From the human T2T-CHM13v2.0 reference genome, Homo sapiens: a DNA stretch of 64,000 nucleotides. The notes under the pieces are model-generated. The model did not search any database. It had not been told where the DNA came from and was given only the letters and a program-made list of their open reading frames with translations. The position numbers were made by a program, and so were the translations under genes. The stretch lies in the NCBI RefSeq assembly GCF_009914755.1, contig NC_060927.1. One strand, 5' to 3'. Positions 60,837-64,000 of the stretch are shown here, one piece after another (within the stretch, counting starts at the first letter, position 1; every line of letters starts with the position of its first letter).

Positions 60837-63003
60837 AGGGCCCATGAGATCCTTTTATCCCAAAGAACCAGAGAGCCTGGGCACACTGAAACAGAATCAT
60901 ATCAATGGCAACACAACCATGAACTCCTGGTGCTCAGTTTCTTCCCTTGCTGAGCTGTGGTTATCCAGCTTTCTTTTTGATTTCATCAAAGCCCACAGGA
61001 GCTTCCCAATAATCCTCCTTTTTGTTTAAGTCAGCCAAAGTTTCCTTTTCTTCCCTGAAACCAATATAACCTTAACTAATGTGATGGGTAACCAAGGCCT
61101 GACCTAACGTGGCTTTGGAAATATGACCCAATACTTTATGGGACAACCTCAGTTGGAATCCTGAGGGAAAAATTAATTGATTGCCCTTCCTATCCCTAGG
61201 CATTAGTAACTAGAAATGTTGCTGGGATCACTCCCTGTCTTTAATCCTCCAGGAATTTGCCTTGCTGGGGAGCTAATTTGTTACTCATGGCTGTTTTCCT
61301 GAGACCTTGTGATTCCCTGGAGGCACAGGAGTTAAATTACTTCCACTGGCCGTCACACCCTTGCATCTTTTGTTGTTTCCAGTACTGTCAGGAAGGCTCT
61401 AACATCTCTCTGAGCCTTCTTGTTTCTGAAAAATGCTTTTCTTCATCTTTGTATTTCTCTGTGTGTGTATACATGTGGTACATTTGCACACATGTTAGGA
61501 AAGTAGAAGGAGGTCGGGGGAAGTCAGAGGAGGAGTGGTCAGATTTCAGATCACTGAACCATGGGTTATAAATAAAGGGTGACACAACACAAGCCTGATT
61601 AGTTCCACTCAGAATTGCTCACTGATTCATCAGAAAATTGATCCTTCTGACCTAGACACTCCTCTCTCAATAGTCAAAGGCAGCTTTTGTTTGAGTCAGT
61701 AATTGTGCCTCTATAGGAATTTTATGGAGTTTAGCCCAAGAAAACGTTCTATCCAAGCCAAATGTGGGTATGGTAGAATACTATTGAAGATATTAACCTA
61801 CATTCTCCGATTGGCATGTCCTCCTCTTCTTTCCCTCCATTCAAGCAGCCATGTGGTCTCAGGGAGACATGCCGCAGAGAGAAGAATGAAAAGTTGACAA
61901 GTTTTTCTGGCTTGTTTCTAATAATAGATGCCATAAACTGATAGTTCACTGATCTTCGAACACCCACACATGAGTGCCACTGTTTTGGCCCACACAGTAC
62001 TTTTTTAAAGTATGATGCTGTTCACATGAGGCTCAGCTCTCCAGGTCACCACAGTCCCCAGCATTCCTTATTGTCTGTCACAATTGACATTACCTGCCTG
62101 GCCTCTTTCTGTGTGCACTTGATTCTGTGACCCCAGGCTTAAACCCATTAAGGGAGTTTATATTAGGTGCCTAGGAAGCAAACATTCTTTCCTCTTAGGA
62201 AGACCCGGAAGATTAAGAGAGGGAAGGTTTCCCTCTTAAGAGGAAAAACCCTAGGGTTATAGTCAATAATGAGCCAGGGCCTCTTCTTTGTATCACAGAG
62301 AGTGGAAATTCTGGACTCTCAGGCCCGGAACGCTGGGGTCCAAATGCCTGAGGAGATGGGGGAGTTACGGAAGGAGCAGTACTCCCAAGACAGGATAGAG
62401 GCAAAGAGGCACATGTGAGGGTCTCGAGTCACAGTGAGGAAATTCTCCCTGCAGCCACCCATTAAGTCCCCTTCTTTTTCCCACATGATTCATCCACCAA
62501 ACAGATACTTAGTAAGAGTTCACTGTGTTCACTGTGTGCCAGCAATGAACCAACATTTGTGGGCTTTTCATTATGTAATCTCTCTCTCTCCATCCATCCA
62601 GATTCTGAACTATTTCCAAGAAAATGTCACCACTTGCTTTACCTCCTGAGGCACCTTGAATACCCCTTTGCCTTGAATGAGAGAGAGAAAATTGTTTTTC
62701 CTTCATTCATATAATTCTGGAATGATAGCTCTGAAAAAGCCATGAGAGCTGATAAAGGCCTCCTATCTCCGAGAAAGAAAAGAAATTAAGAAGATTTGGT
62801 ATCTTTGGTTCACCACTGTATCCCTAGCAGTGTCTTGAACAATGCCTGACACATAGTAGGTTCTCAGTGTTTATTTGTTGACTGAATGAGCAGCTAAGCA
62901 GTTAAGGGCAGAGTGGGTCCCAGTTGCCACATGTCCTCAATCTTTATCCAGGCTCTTTCCCAAACTGCAGGTTAGCAGAGGGAAAGCCAATGTTTTTTTA
63001 TAA

Positions 63004-63383
<380 letters not shown>

Positions 63384-64000
63384 TAAAGGCTCTTAATAAG
63401 AAACTAAGAGGGAAAAAAGAATCGTAACGGGAGATTTAATGGCAGTGACAGTTTTCAGAAGTGTATATGACCATGGTGGAAGTCTAGAAGAACCTGGCCT
63501 AATGGAGCCAGTCTTGAGCTGCAATTCTTTTAACTAATTCTCCCAGAACCTCTTGACTTAGTTGCTTTCACTGGAAAATAGGTGTATTCTGGGGGTTAAA
63601 AAGTTCTCCAGGGAAAGCTTCCCACTTACCTCACTGTCTTGGTATCCCGCTCTTCCACCCAACATACAAACATGCAGCTGGTCACTCAGCCAGTCCCTAA
63701 AACCTGTTAATTGGCCCATAGTTTGGCTCCGAGCAAACCTGTGGACTTAGGAGCCTCAGCTCTTGCCTCCCAGGAGTTTCTCAACTTTGGGGGAAGGTAA
63801 CATATGTGCTCTGAAGCAAGCACAATGATGGCTATGACAGGCATTTCGCAGCACACGTTTAAATAACAACCCTAGGTGAGGCAGGTCAGTGAGAGGCCAT
63901 CAATAGGGAAAATAGCAGTGTGAATCTAAGGCTTGAGAGAAGGGAGAGAAGGCTGTGGCCTTAGTGTCCAGCCTGCTCAGCATCCCTTCTCCCCTCTTCT

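Overview
This is Alu-dense primate genomic DNA, very likely human 3p22.2. It contains the 5' end of LRRFIP2 on the minus strand: a CpG-island promoter with two candidate first-exon donors (about 39.0-40.3 kb), a 67-nt 5'UTR exon (37882-37948), and the first coding exon (12238-12382, [30 protein letters not shown]). About 24 kb of upstream sequence follows. The window also holds a UBE2F processed pseudogene, an RPS16 processed pseudogene, U6 and U13 retrocopies, more than 60 Alu pieces, and L1, L2, MIR, LTR and Tigger/hAT fragments. Nearly every ORF in the supplied track is a repeat or GC-rich artefact. I see no new multi-gene system. The most interesting observations are a perfect 27-bp hairpin inside an old LTR, a U6-Alu chimera under one target-site duplication (TSD), an Alu-RPS16-U13 stack under one TSD, a 5'UTR exon with four upstream AUGs, a twin-primed L1 with a fold-back junction, and a probable Alu-associated deletion scar. 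Repeat names and boundaries were read by eye and are approximate.
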